Positions 12,004-22,738 of a stretch of 44,198 bases of DNA are shown piece after piece. The first letter of the stretch is position 1; the number at the start of each line of letters is the position of its first letter. The notes under the pieces are model-generated. The model was not told where the DNA came from. It did not search any database and saw nothing but the letters and a program-made list of their open reading frames with translations. The translations under genes and the position numbers were made by a program. Source of the DNA: Octopus bimaculoides (Eukaryota); contig NC_068992.1 in NCBI RefSeq assembly GCF_001194135.2, positions 59,247,281 to 59,291,478 of the forward strand. The letters are read 5' to 3'.

Positions 12004-12674
12004 CTAAAAGAGAAATTCAGAATTAAGAAAAAGAAAAAGCCAAACATGGTGTCACCAGAGTGAGGAAGAGGAAGACAGAAGAAAGGACTGTAAAAGTTGA
12101 TCTCAGGATGCTGAATAGCTTTGAAGGAAATGGTAAAAGAATACAATAATAAATGATGAAGAGACCCCCCAACTAACCATGCAAGAATGGAAAAAAAAAC
12201 ACTTGCCAAAAGTGCCACACTGTGAGATTGAACCTGAGACCAATTGGTTGGGAAGCAAGCTTTTTAACCACACAGCCATGCCTGCACCTATTGCTTAGGT
12301 ACATGCATAGCTGTGCAGATAAGAAGTTTGCTTCTCAACCGCATTGTTCTGGGTTCCATCCCACTGTGTGGCAGCACTCTGGGTACATGTGTTGTACTAT
12401 GGCCTTGGGCCAAGAAAAGCCTGGTGAATGGACCTGGTAGATGGAAACTGAAAGAAGCCACTCACAATCACCAGAAACATTTATCAAACTTTTATAGATA
12501 TCAAAATTAGAAGACCATGAAATACGCTCAAGATATTGTTATGTCATCTACTTAATGTTATCAGCCAGAAAGACTCTATTTGCAAACTGATTACAATAAC
12601 CCACTTTCACCACACAAACACACACACAGCAAAGTAAAAACAGTTTCATAAATAAAAGGAAACCAAAAAGAGAC

Positions 12675-12797
12675 CTGGCATGTTCGCGTACTCCGTCTTT
12701 CGAGCGATACATCACTGTACAACCAAGCACTTGACAATGGTAATGGTCCTTGTAGAGATAGTCACAGCGTGGGTTACAGGGATCATTTGCAGTATAC
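12675..12797 (-). CDS. CASZ1: castor/CASZ1 internal exon (finger 5)
   Basis: Acceptor gtccag|G, donor GCC AG|gtctct (weak); 123 nt, phase 2/2. (R)YTANDPCNPRCDYLYKDHYHCQVLGCTVMYRSKDGVREHA(R); the finger's final His (RFH) lies in the next exon. Confidence 0.9.
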
Positions 12798-13342
12798 CTG
12801 GACGGATTACAGAACATAACAGATTAAATAACATACTAGCAAATACATACATACATATATATATATATATNNNNNNNNNNNNNNNNNNNNNNNNNNNNNN
12901 NNNNNNNNNNNNNNNNNNNNNNNNNNNNNNNNNNNNNNNNNNNNNNNNNNNNNNNNNNNNNNNNNNNNNNNNNNNNNNNNNNNNNNNNNNNNNNNNNNNN
13001 NNNNNNNNNNNNNNNNNNNNNNNNNNNNNNNNNNNNNNNNNNNNNNNNNNNNNNNNNNNNNNNNNNNNNNNNNNNNNNNNNNNNNNNNNNNNNNNNNNNN
13101 NNNNNNNNNNNNNNNNNNNNNNNNNNNNNNNNNNNNNNNNNNNNNNNNNNNNNNNNNNNNNNNNNNNNNNNNNNNNNNNNNNNNNNNNNNNNNNNNNNNN
13201 NNNNNNNNNNNNNNNNNNNNNNNNNNNNNNNNNNNNNNNNNNNNNNNNNNNNNNNNNNNNNNNNNNNNNNNNNNNNNNNNNNNNNNNNNNNNNNNNNNNN
13301 NNNNNNNNNNNNNNNNNNNNNNNNNNNNNNNNNNNNNNNNNN

Positions 13343-13379
<37 letters not shown>

Positions 13380-13382
13380 AGT

Positions 13383-13465
13383 AAAGCAACCATACTATGG
13401 TATATGCCAATACACACAGATAGAGAAATTAAGGCCACTAGGCTGGATATAGTTGTCAGAGATCA
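13383..13465 (+). mobile_element. R4/Dong LINE fragment (inverted copy of 11275-11357)
   Basis: Translates KATILWYMPIHTDREIKATRLDIVVRD; 75/83 identical to the reverse complement of 11275-11357. Confidence 0.8.
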
Positions 13466-13629
13466 AATGACTGAAACAAGTAAAAGAAAAGAAAAGAAAA
13501 CATATATATATATAAGCACATTGATCATGAAGGATTCGAGAGAAATATTTAGTTTAAATACATAGAGAACAAAGATGTGTTGATGATGTTTATTGTATAA
13601 GGTGTGACTGTGTCCTCTTAACTGTTTCA

Positions 13630-13942
13630 TGAAAGACAAAATTATTGTATTAAAAAAATGGTTGACAATGGTAGTGACGATAATGATGGTGGTGGTGATG
13701 GTGGTGTTGGGGATGAAAATGGTGATGATAAGATTGATGGCAATGATGATACTTATGATGATGATGATGCTAGCAACAATGATAATGGTAGCAATGACAA
13801 TAAAAAAAATTTGATGATAATGATGATAGTGATGACGATGATGACGAAGATGATGATGATGATGATGATGACAAAGACAATGATGACAAAGATGATAATG
13901 GCAACAATGATGAGAGTAACAGTGGTGATCATCATCATCATC
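13630..13942. repeat. (GAT)n-type degenerate trinucleotide tract
   Basis: gatgatgat/gataat/gacaat units. Confidence 0.85.
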
Positions 13943-14322
13943 GTTTAACGTCCGCTTTCCATGCTAGCATGGGTTGGACGATTTGACTGAGGACTGGTGA
14001 AACCGGATGGCAACACCAGGCTCCAGTCTGATTTGGCAGAGTTTCTACAGCTGGATGCCCTTCCTAACGCCAACCACTCAGAGAGTGTAGTGGGTGCTTT
14101 TACGTGTCACCCGCACGAAAACGGCCACGCTCGAAATGGTGTCTTTTATGTGCCACCCGCACAAGCCAGTCCAGGGGCACTGGCAACGATCTCGCTCGAA
14201 AATCCTACAGGAGCCAGTCAGGCGGTACTGGCAACGGCCACGCTCAAAATGGTGCATCTCATGTGCCACCCGCACAAGAACCAGTCCAGGGGCACTGGCA
14301 ACGATCTTACTTGGCTTGCCGG
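13943..14322 (-). mobile_element. RTE LINE 3'UTR fragment with internal tandem subrepeats and (GAT)n tail
   Basis: Reverse complement of the 3'UTR motif at 33590-33690 (ctggatgcccttcctaacgccaacc). Internal repeats gccacccgcacaag...ggcactggcaacgatct. Related copies at about 18160-18340, 19140-19270, 31870-32030, 42000-42420 and 42930-43085. Confidence 0.78.
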
Positions 14323-14401
14323 GTGATGGTGATGATAATGACAAAGACAATGATGATGATGTCAATGATGGTGGTGATGATGATGACAAACTATGCCTCA
14401 C

Positions 14402-14852
14402 CTTTTCAGATAGGTTTTCCAGTTTTCATCCTTGTCTCTCCTATCCCCAGCTCTCACCTGTCCAACATTAACAGAATTGCTGTTCATGTTGAGGACAAGA
14501 TGGCTGGTGTAAAGTTCCGACTTGGCACAGTTCACTGGAATCAGTAGGTTGAGAGAGTTGTTCAAAGAATCTCCACTGAGTTTGGAAGCCCTCATGGCCA
14601 GTGTTCCAGAAGGTTCTGCACAAGAAACCGCCATGTTGCAACCGGAATCATCGTCCTTGGGAGATGCAGAGTCTTGACGGAAAGACTGAAACTGAGGTGG
14701 ATGCCGTTTCTCATCCATATAACTGAAATCTTCTTCAATTTTGGCTTCTTTCTTTATACTTTTGATATTAGTCTCTAGAGATATGTTCGAAGAAGCAGTT
14801 TTAAGACACAAAGAATTTGATAAGATTGATTTGTCCAAGCTACTACCACTGC

Positions 14853-14913
<61 letters not shown>

Positions 14914-15045
14914 CATTGCAGTCAGCGAGGATTTTTGAGATGGTACCACAGAGGAGGATGAAGAAATACTTGGCGTGGTTGTCACATCTGTACTGGATTT
15001 GTCACTAGCTGCTTCTCCACCTCCTCCAAGACCTGTTTCAGCCTC
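14402..15045 (-). CDS. CASZ1: castor/CASZ1 large internal exon, 3' part (5' part in N-gap 15046-15609); low-complexity linker with poly-Asn
   Basis: Open frame EAETGLGGGG...DKDENWKTYLK ending AAA AG|gtgagg (phase 2). This joins G TAT of the next exon to give WKTYLKRYTAND, the usual lead-in to a castor finger. Confidence 0.88.
14854..14910 (-). repeat. Pure coding (AAT)19 microsatellite = Asn19
   Basis: att x19 uninterrupted on the plus strand, in frame within the castor exon. Confidence 0.95.
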
Positions 15046-15609
15046 NNNNNNNNNNNNNNNNNNNNNNNNNNNNNNNNNNNNNNNNNNNNNNNNNNNNNNN
15101 NNNNNNNNNNNNNNNNNNNNNNNNNNNNNNNNNNNNNNNNNNNNNNNNNNNNNNNNNNNNNNNNNNNNNNNNNNNNNNNNNNNNNNNNNNNNNNNNNNNN
15201 NNNNNNNNNNNNNNNNNNNNNNNNNNNNNNNNNNNNNNNNNNNNNNNNNNNNNNNNNNNNNNNNNNNNNNNNNNNNNNNNNNNNNNNNNNNNNNNNNNNN
15301 NNNNNNNNNNNNNNNNNNNNNNNNNNNNNNNNNNNNNNNNNNNNNNNNNNNNNNNNNNNNNNNNNNNNNNNNNNNNNNNNNNNNNNNNNNNNNNNNNNNN
15401 NNNNNNNNNNNNNNNNNNNNNNNNNNNNNNNNNNNNNNNNNNNNNNNNNNNNNNNNNNNNNNNNNNNNNNNNNNNNNNNNNNNNNNNNNNNNNNNNNNNN
15501 NNNNNNNNNNNNNNNNNNNNNNNNNNNNNNNNNNNNNNNNNNNNNNNNNNNNNNNNNNNNNNNNNNNNNNNNNNNNNNNNNNNNNNNNNNNNNNNNNNNN
15601 NNNNNNNNN
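15046..15609. other. Assembly gap predicted to contain castor coding sequence
   Basis: Exon 17333-17196 stops mid-finger (HIHCIRP G|) in phase 1 and the 15045-14402 frame runs into the gap with no acceptor visible. Confidence 0.8.
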
Positions 15610-15611
15610 AT

Positions 15612-15642
<31 letters not shown>

Positions 15643-16065
15643 ATACAAATAATAAATGAGTATATGCATATTTACGTACATGTATGTACATACTTACATC
15701 TACTTGTATGTATAGATGCATATCTGGGTACAGGACATTGTAAACAAAACGTAGACAAAATGATAAACGAGTACAGAAAACACACGGGCCACATAGAGAA
15801 AATCTCCTTCATCAGCTGCCCCCATTCTAACACAGGCGTTTCGAAGTGTAGGGCAGGACGCATCGTTAAAATGGCTCTTCCCTCCGACCACAAATTAAAT
15901 TTAAATTAAATTCAATTCAAATTAAATTTCTATCCTGGAGGAATGTAGTGGCGGACAGAAAACAAAACAGGAAAACGAAACAGTGAGAACAAACAAAAAA
16001 GGTTATACGGCCAGACGTGAAAAAAATATATGTGCTGGACGCTGTGAAGCAACGAACTGGAAAGG

Positions 16066-16929
16066 AGACGAGATCAATATGTATCTGGACTGTGGCCATA
16101 GTAACAAAGCTAAAGCAGGCAGAGTGAAGCCGTTTGGCAAAGATTGACCTTAAACTCTACTGTGCATGTGCACTAAGTTTTAACATTGTAGCTCACTTCT
16201 TCTGTTTACAGCAGTGCTTGGAAGGAACATGTGTAACATGTCGTTTACAGCAGTGCTTGGAAGGAACATGTGTAACATGTGATTGTCACATTGACAAAGA
16301 CAGAGAAAGTTGTCAAGGCGATACCAGCTCAGAGGCCTAAGCAAAGTTTCAGAAAGTGTATGGAGAGGAGTGTATGAGCCACACACAAGTGTACGGGTGG
16401 TTCAGATCTTTCCAAGATGGCCGAAAATATTGATATTGAGAAACGTTCTGGGAGACCTGGAACAAGCAGAACTGAGAAAAACATCATAGATGTGCATGTA
16501 GCTGTGAGAGGAAATCATTGAATCACCATCCATGAGTTATCAGAGAATGTGTAGATCAGTTATGGTTCAGTTCAGTCCATTATCACTGAAGATTTGGGTA
16601 TGAGATGCGTGTCTGCAAAGTTTATGCAAAAATTGCTTTCAGCTAACCAAAAACTCACTCAGGTTTCAGTTGTACAAGATCTCCTTGATTGTGTTAAGAA
16701 CGATGAAAACTTTTTGAAAACTTTGTGTTGGCCTCTGAGCAGGTATCACGAAGCTTTTGGCAAAATTTGATGCAGATTCTCTGCTCAACTTTCCCTGTCA
16801 TTGTCAATGGAACGATCACACACTACACACCTTCCTGTATTGAAGGTCAATCTGTGCCAAGCAGCTTCACTCTGTGTCCTTTAGTTTCGTTACTATAGCA
16901 ACAGTCTGGATACTTATTGATCAGACCAT
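16066..16929 (+). mobile_element. Internally deleted mariner (Tc1/mariner) element with about 80-bp inverted termini
   Basis: 16072-16151 and 16843-16922 are inverted repeats. The interior encodes a decayed mariner N-terminus: FQKVYGEECMSHTQVYGWFRSFQDGR/KRSGRP...ELSENV*ISYGSVQSIITEDLGMRCVSAKFMQKLL (WVPxxL-equivalent). No DD34D domain remains. Confidence 0.85.
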
Positions 16930-16931
16930 AG

Positions 16932-16969
<38 letters not shown>

Positions 16970-17142
16970 CCATTAGATTGGTTCTATGGATAAAGCAAAG
17001 CACAAACAATGGATGTAACAGAATAAAATTAACTTTTAAACAAACACATACACACACAGAAGCCCACACATAATGATATAGATAAAAACTTAACATATGC
17101 CACAGCCCATAGCCTATAACAGACATCGGTAGAACAGCGTGC

Positions 17143-17175
<33 letters not shown>

Positions 17176-17195
17176 GGTGTGTTAATATTACTGAC

Positions 17196-17333
17196 CAGGT
17201 CTGATACAGTGGATGTGATTGCTGACTTTAGAAAAACGACATTGAGAGAACTTGCAGTGTTCATACTTCATAAATTTCTTGAAACCATCCCGTCCCAGCA
17301 GTTCATCTTTCTGGTGGTAGCTCTTGTGTTTTT
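17196..17333 (-). CDS. CASZ1: castor/CASZ1 internal exon (end of finger 3, first half of finger 4)
   Basis: Acceptor ctttccag|AA, donor CCT G|gtcagt; 138 nt, phase 1/1. (E)[45 protein letters not shown]. Confidence 0.96.
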
Positions 17334-17652
17334 CTGGAAAGAAAAACAAAAGAATTAAATAAAAATATATATGTATGTATGATTTCTGACACCTTGTAAG
17401 ATAGGCATAGCACATAAAGAGAGCTATGTGTTGTAGTATGGTCAAGTGGTAGAATTGTAAGACCATGTGACAAACGCCATACAGAAATTCTTGTGGTTTT
17501 TTTTGCATTCTGAGTTCAAATCCTATCAAGGTCACATTGTGTCTGAATAAAATACACAGGAAGCTGTGTGGTTCTTGCTTCCAAACCATGTAAGATCAGG
17601 TTCCATCCCACTGTGTGACACTTTGGGTGTCTTCTACAATAGACCCAAGCTG

Positions 17653-18048
17653 CTGTTGCTGTTGGCACTCCGTCGCTTACGACGTCGAGGGTTCCAGTTG
17701 ATCCGATCAATGGAACAGCCTGCTCGTGAAATTAACGTGCAAGTGGCTGAGCACTCCACAGACACGTGTACCCTTAATGTAGTTCTCGGGGATATTCAGC
17801 GTGACGCAGTGTGACAAGGCTGACCCTTTGAATTACAGGCACAACAACAGAAACAGGAAGAAAGAGTGAGAGAAAGTTGTGGGGAAAGAGTACAGCAGGG
17901 TTCACCACCACCATCCCCTGCCGGAGCCTCGTGGAGCTTTAGGTGTTTTCACTCAATAAACACTCACAACGCCCGGCCTGGGAATTGAAACCGAGATCCT
18001 ATGACCGTGAGTCTGCTGCCCTAACCACTGGGCCATTGCGCCTCCACT
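17653..18048 (-). mobile_element. Full-length tRNA-derived SINE (family A) nested in a family C SINE
   Basis: Same sequence as 4247-4629. 11-bp TSD gacccaagctg at 17642-17652 and 18049-18059. Confidence 0.9.
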
Positions 18049-19370
18049 GACCCAAGCTGACAAATGCTTTATAAGCATGTATGTGTGTGTGTGTATAAGT
18101 GTATATAAATGTAAGTGTGTGTACACTTATCTTGGCGGTGTATGATGGCTCCAAATGACCATCACTGTCAAACAAGCAATGCCTATTCCCAGCTTTCCAT
18201 ATGAAATATCTAATCAAGGAGAAATATTACCTTGTTTGAAAATAGGCGAGGGTTGGTGAGAGGTGAAGCATCCAGCTGAAGAAAATCTGCTTTAACGAAT
18301 TCTGTCTCACCCACACAAGCATGGGAAAGTGGACATTAAACATTAATGGTGATAGTCGTGTCTGGATTATTTTTACTCAGTCAGGGCTGACCTGAGGCTA
18401 ACCAAAACTACTTGATTTCTCATGGCCCCGAAAAGATGAAAATGGCAAAAGTTGACCTTGGCAAGATTTGAAATCAGAACATTAAGAGAAATGGATAAAT
18501 ATGAAAAAAACTACCACTTCTGTTGCTAATCACCACTGCAACTGCCACCACCCCTACCCCACATACACACACATACACTCATTCACACACTCACACTCAT
18601 TCACACACACACACTCATTCACACACACACACACTCACACATGCATGCGTGCATGCACACACACATGCACACATGCACGCACACACACACACACACAAAG
18701 CACCCACCACACCAACCTAATTAGTACTAATAAATAAACGAGTAATTTAATCAACCACAGATTTTCCTTCTAACTAAGCGTTAACAGACGATAAACTCAT
18801 TACTTTGACATTAAAATCTTAATTCTGTTTTAAAAATATAATTCATTTAAAAATACTAAAATTAAATTAAGTTTAAAATGTAAAGAAAAACCAAAATAAA
18901 TGAAATAAATGCAAATCAGTTTTTTTTTTATTTTGTAAAAAAAACAGAACAATTTTATAAATGCAAGCATGGCTGTGTGGGAGGAAGCTTGCTTTCCAAC
19001 CACATGGTTCTGGGTTCAGTCTCACTGTGTGGCACCTTGGGCAAATGTTTTCTTCTAGAGATCTAGGTTAACCAAAGACTTGTGAGTGGGTTTGGCAGAT
19101 GGAAACTGAAAGAAACCAGTTGTGCCTACTCTGTAATGTGGTTGGCATCAGGAAGGGCATCCAGCTGTAAAACCCACACCCAAAATAGACAGGGGAGCTT
19201 GGTGAGACCCTCTCACTCACTAACTCGTGTGAAACAATCCAATTAATGCCAGCCTGGAAGACAGACGTTAAATGCTTATTTATTCACCGTTATTTTCAAT
19301 TAATCATACATCATCTCATTGTTCAGAGATTTCAATGGTCTCATTGTTTAGTTTTAGAATAACACTGTTG

Positions 19371-19633
19371 GTAATATACCGTGCTTGAGAAGACCTGTCA
19401 AGCCAAGTAAGATCGTAGTTGTGGTTGATACCGCTATTTCATAACTGGTATCCATGTTGGTGGCACGTAAAAAGCACCTTGGAGTGGTTGGCATTAGGAA
19501 GGGCATCCAGCTGTAGAAACCTTGCCAAATCTGACTGGAACCTGGTGCAGCTCCCCAGCTTATCAGTTTTCAGTCAAACCGTCCAACCCATGCCAGCATG
19601 GAAAACAGACATTAAATGATGATGATGATGATG
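19371..19633 (+). mobile_element. RTE 3' fragment inserted into a TTAA-type MITE
   Basis: 7-bp TSD actgttg at 19364-19370 and 19634-19640; (GAT)n tail. The flanks rejoin into a copy of the 23806-24025 MITE. Confidence 0.78.
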
Positions 19634-20094
19634 ACTGTTGAGTAGGTGTGAGAGGCTAAATCTGGCTGGTCTGAACATAGAACAGGTAGAATATTTAGAC
19701 CAAATATGGCTGGTTTAAAAGTTAACAGGTTAAGAGAAGTAATTTCAATAGCTCTCTGTTCATATGATAAATGGACATTGGATGCTAAAAGTAAAGAAAC
19801 AATTCATGGTTTTTTGAAATAGAAATGGTGCAAATGGATGCTCCTCATTCCATAATGGTACAGGAACACAAGTGTGGTTAAGATGTTTGCTTCATGAACA
19901 TGTGGTTTTAGGTTCAGTTACACCACACAGCACCTTGGACGAGTGTCTTCTACTGTAGTTCTGGATAGACCAATGCCATGTGAGTGGATTTGATAGACTA
20001 GAACTGTATGGAAGACTACCATGTGCATGTGCGCATGTCCATCTGTATGTGTGTAGGTATGCATGCATGCATGTGTGTGTGCATGCATACATGC

Positions 20095-20128
<34 letters not shown>

Positions 20129-20627
20129 ATGTGTGCCTTTGTGCTGGTCTCCCCACCACTTGACAGTGTTGTTTATTTAGTCCACATAACTTAGCAGTCA
20201 GCAAAAGAGACTGATAGAATATGACTCGATCAGACTCAAAAAATAAGCTCCGGGGTTGATTTGTTCAACTGAACTTTTCAAGGTGGTGCCCCAGCATGGC
20301 CACAGTCCAATGACTAAAAACAAGTAAAAACAAAAGAATTAAAGAATACAAAACATCTGAATAATAATGGATGTTAGGAAGTTAAGAAGGAAACTACTGG
20401 GAAGACTGCAAACCACAAAACTCGTTTGCTAATTGGTGAAAGACTAGAGAACTTCAATCTTTAATAATGCACAACAGGTATGCAGAGCAAAGTGAAAAAA
20501 AACCCAAAGTGTGTTGATCATGGATAGACATACAACTGCAGCTGTTTGTTGTCATAGTAACCAGTTCCCTTTCAAATAAAACCACCCTCACACCAAAGTC
20601 TAGGGAGCAATATCAGACCTCACTCAC

Positions 20628-20844
20628 CCATATCAGCTTTGTTTTTGAACGTGTATTTACAATCTGAACGCCGACAATGGAAGTGTGTTGTGCGTTGTCC
20701 GTAGAATGAACAGCTGGGAGTGCCGCAGTCCTCGGTGGCTCGGAATCGTTGGAAACCTTCCTGAATGATAGCAGAATCTTTTCGATGGTAGTTGGCGTGC
20801 ATCTGGACATCAGATGTACTAATGTAGACTTTATCACATGGTTG
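20628..20844 (-). CDS. CASZ1: castor/CASZ1 internal exon (fingers 2-3)
   Basis: Acceptor tttcag|CAA, donor ATG G|gtgagt; 217 nt, phase 0/1. [72 protein letters not shown] is the hallmark castor sequence ([24 protein letters not shown]). Confidence 0.97.
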
Positions 20845-21089
20845 CTGAAAGAAGAAATGCAAAAGCATTTGTTTTTAAAGACAATAAATACCCTTTACAA
20901 ATAAGGAAAAACCCTTTAAGCTGAATGAGACTAAAACTTCAAACGTGATGAAAATTTGAGTGATTAGACATGCTTTCCTACTAATGAATTCCTGATCAAT
21001 GAATGGCTGAATCAACACCTACGTGCGTGTGCACACACACACACACACACTGCTCAGTCAAGGCTCACCTGGGTCTAAGCAGCTTAAAA

Positions 21090-21352
21090 GAGCAACACAT
21101 TGGGTCCTTGAACAAGACACTTTATTTCACATTCTCTAGTCCACTCAGCTGGCAAAAATGAGTTGTACCTGTAATTCAAAGGGCCAGCCTTATCACACTC
21201 TGTGTCATGCTGAATCTCCCTGAGAACTTCATGAAGGGTATGCACGTCTGTGGAATACTCAGCCACTTGCACGTTAATTTCACAAGCAGGCTGTTCCATT
21301 CATTGATCAGATCAACTGGAACCCTCAGCATTGTAACCGACGGCATGCCAGT
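21090..21352 (+). mobile_element. Diverged SINE sharing the family A 3' half but with a different 5' part
   Basis: gttgtacctgtaattcaaagggccagcc...caactggaaccctc aligns to family A, while upstream ggtccttgaacaagacactttatttcaca does not. Confidence 0.65.
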
Positions 21353-22200
21353 GTCGTGTGTGTGTGGGGCGGGGGCATACATTTGGTAGAGTACAAATTT
21401 ATTATTCTTTAACAAGAATGTAAACATCAAAATTTGCAAGAGATTTGAATAAAAAAAGACTGCAAAAAGTAAATACTTCATATCATTTAACCTCATGTTC
21501 TGCAATCTGTGACATGACTCCAGCATTGACCAGTGTTGCTACAGTAGTTTTTTTCATTTTTGGTCTTTTTTTATTAGTAACTGATGCAGAGATGAGGTCA
21601 GGTTTTTTGCTTCTTTTCTTTCCTAACAAACAGACCAATGGAAGCACAAACAGCTGACACTCAGCCTTTCGATATTAAAAAAATCAAGGGGAAGACATGT
21701 TTGATGCATAAAATATTGACATTTAGCTTCAATAGTTTGTTTCCTCCTTTTTTCAAACAAAATCAGAGATTTTAAGTAAACAGATCAAAAGAAATTAACT
21801 CCTATATATAAATAATGGTGCTGCCATTATTAGAATGTCGGCTAGAATTGGCACAGGAATGGCTGTATGGTTAAAATATTTGCTTTCCAACCCACATGGT
21901 TTCAGGTTCAGGCCCACCACATGACAGGCTTCTTTCAATTTCTGTCTATCAAATCCATTCTCAAAGACTTTGGTTTGCCCAAGGCCATATAGAGGACACT
22001 TGCTCAGGGTGCCACACAGTGAGACTGAGCCCAATATCACATGGTTAGAAAGCAAGCTTTTCAATCACACAGCTAACCGTGCCAATGCCTGTATTGTTTT
22101 ACCCACATTCTTATATCCCAATACATTTGGAATAGTAGTGAAGAGACTGTAAGGTGGAGGATTCTTAGAGTCATTTGACCAAAAATAGGAAGCAAATTAC

Positions 22201-22365
22201 CTGCAAACAGTGGTAATGTGTTTGGCGTCGGTTGTGAGAACAATTTGGGTAGAGCGAACTACAATTATCCATGGGGCTGTAACGCATGAAACCATATTGA
22301 AGAGAATCATCTCTTTTCTTGTGCCATTTAAAGTGACGAACCATTTCTTCCTTTTTGGAAAACAC
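22201..22365 (-). CDS. CASZ1: castor/CASZ1 internal exon (end of finger 1, start of finger 2)
   Basis: Acceptor ttttacag|GTG, donor CAG|gtaatt; 165 nt, phase 0/0. VFSKKEEMVRHFKWHKKRDDSLQYGFMRYSPMDNCSSLYPNCSHNRRQTHYHCLQ matches the castor/CASZ1 KKRDxSLxxGFMR signature. Confidence 0.96.
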
Positions 22366-22584
22366 CTGTAAAACATACAGACACAATAAGAACAGACTGT
22401 AATGAAAGAAATATTTTTAAAACAACCCATAAGAAATATCATTACTTGTCATATCAGCATCAGATTTTTAAGCAGATTAGTATTTCTCAACTGGGGTCTA
22501 CATGACCTTTGGGGATCAACAAGGGGTTGTTGGAAAATTCCTGGCTCCAAGGGTATTATGAAAGGCCTGGTTAGAAGTCTGAAC

Positions 22585-22738
22585 TCCTGAGTTCTTTTAC
22601 AGGGCTTAGGAAAACTAAAGGACCACTGCAATAAGTGTGTGAATCTGAGAGGAGAGTGTGTTGAATATAATCGTAATTAACTGATCTTACTGTATTTTCT
22701 TTTACCCAAAGCCAGGAACTTTTCAGCACCCCCTCATA
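22585..22738 (+). mobile_element. Mariner 3' end (transposase C-terminus, right TIR, TA)
   Basis: LQGLGKLKDHCNKCVNLRGECVE resembles the mariner C-terminal GIxKLxxRWxKCxxxxGxYVE; the sequence ends ...cttttcagcaccccctca|ta. Confidence 0.65.

Noticed and set aside
13986-14010. CTGAGGA-ctggt-GAAA-ccgg in the RTE 3'UTR
   Set aside because: The 5-nt spacer cannot form stem II and there is no UH or stem I.
13943-14322. CRISPR-like or protein-coding tandem repeats (ORFs 13997-14547)
   Set aside because: Irregular subrepeats of an RTE 3'UTR with no unique spacers, in a eukaryotic intron.
15795-15850. Hammerhead half-sites on the minus strand (ttcGAAACgcc ... cagCTGATGAagg), possible type-II arrangement
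   Set aside because: Stem I does not pair and neither half has a partner in type-I order.
21492-21665. Phase-0 open stretch on the minus strand (…GKKRSKKPDLISAS…) as a cassette exon
   Set aside because: Weak splice sites, and inclusion would split finger 2 between its Cys ligands.
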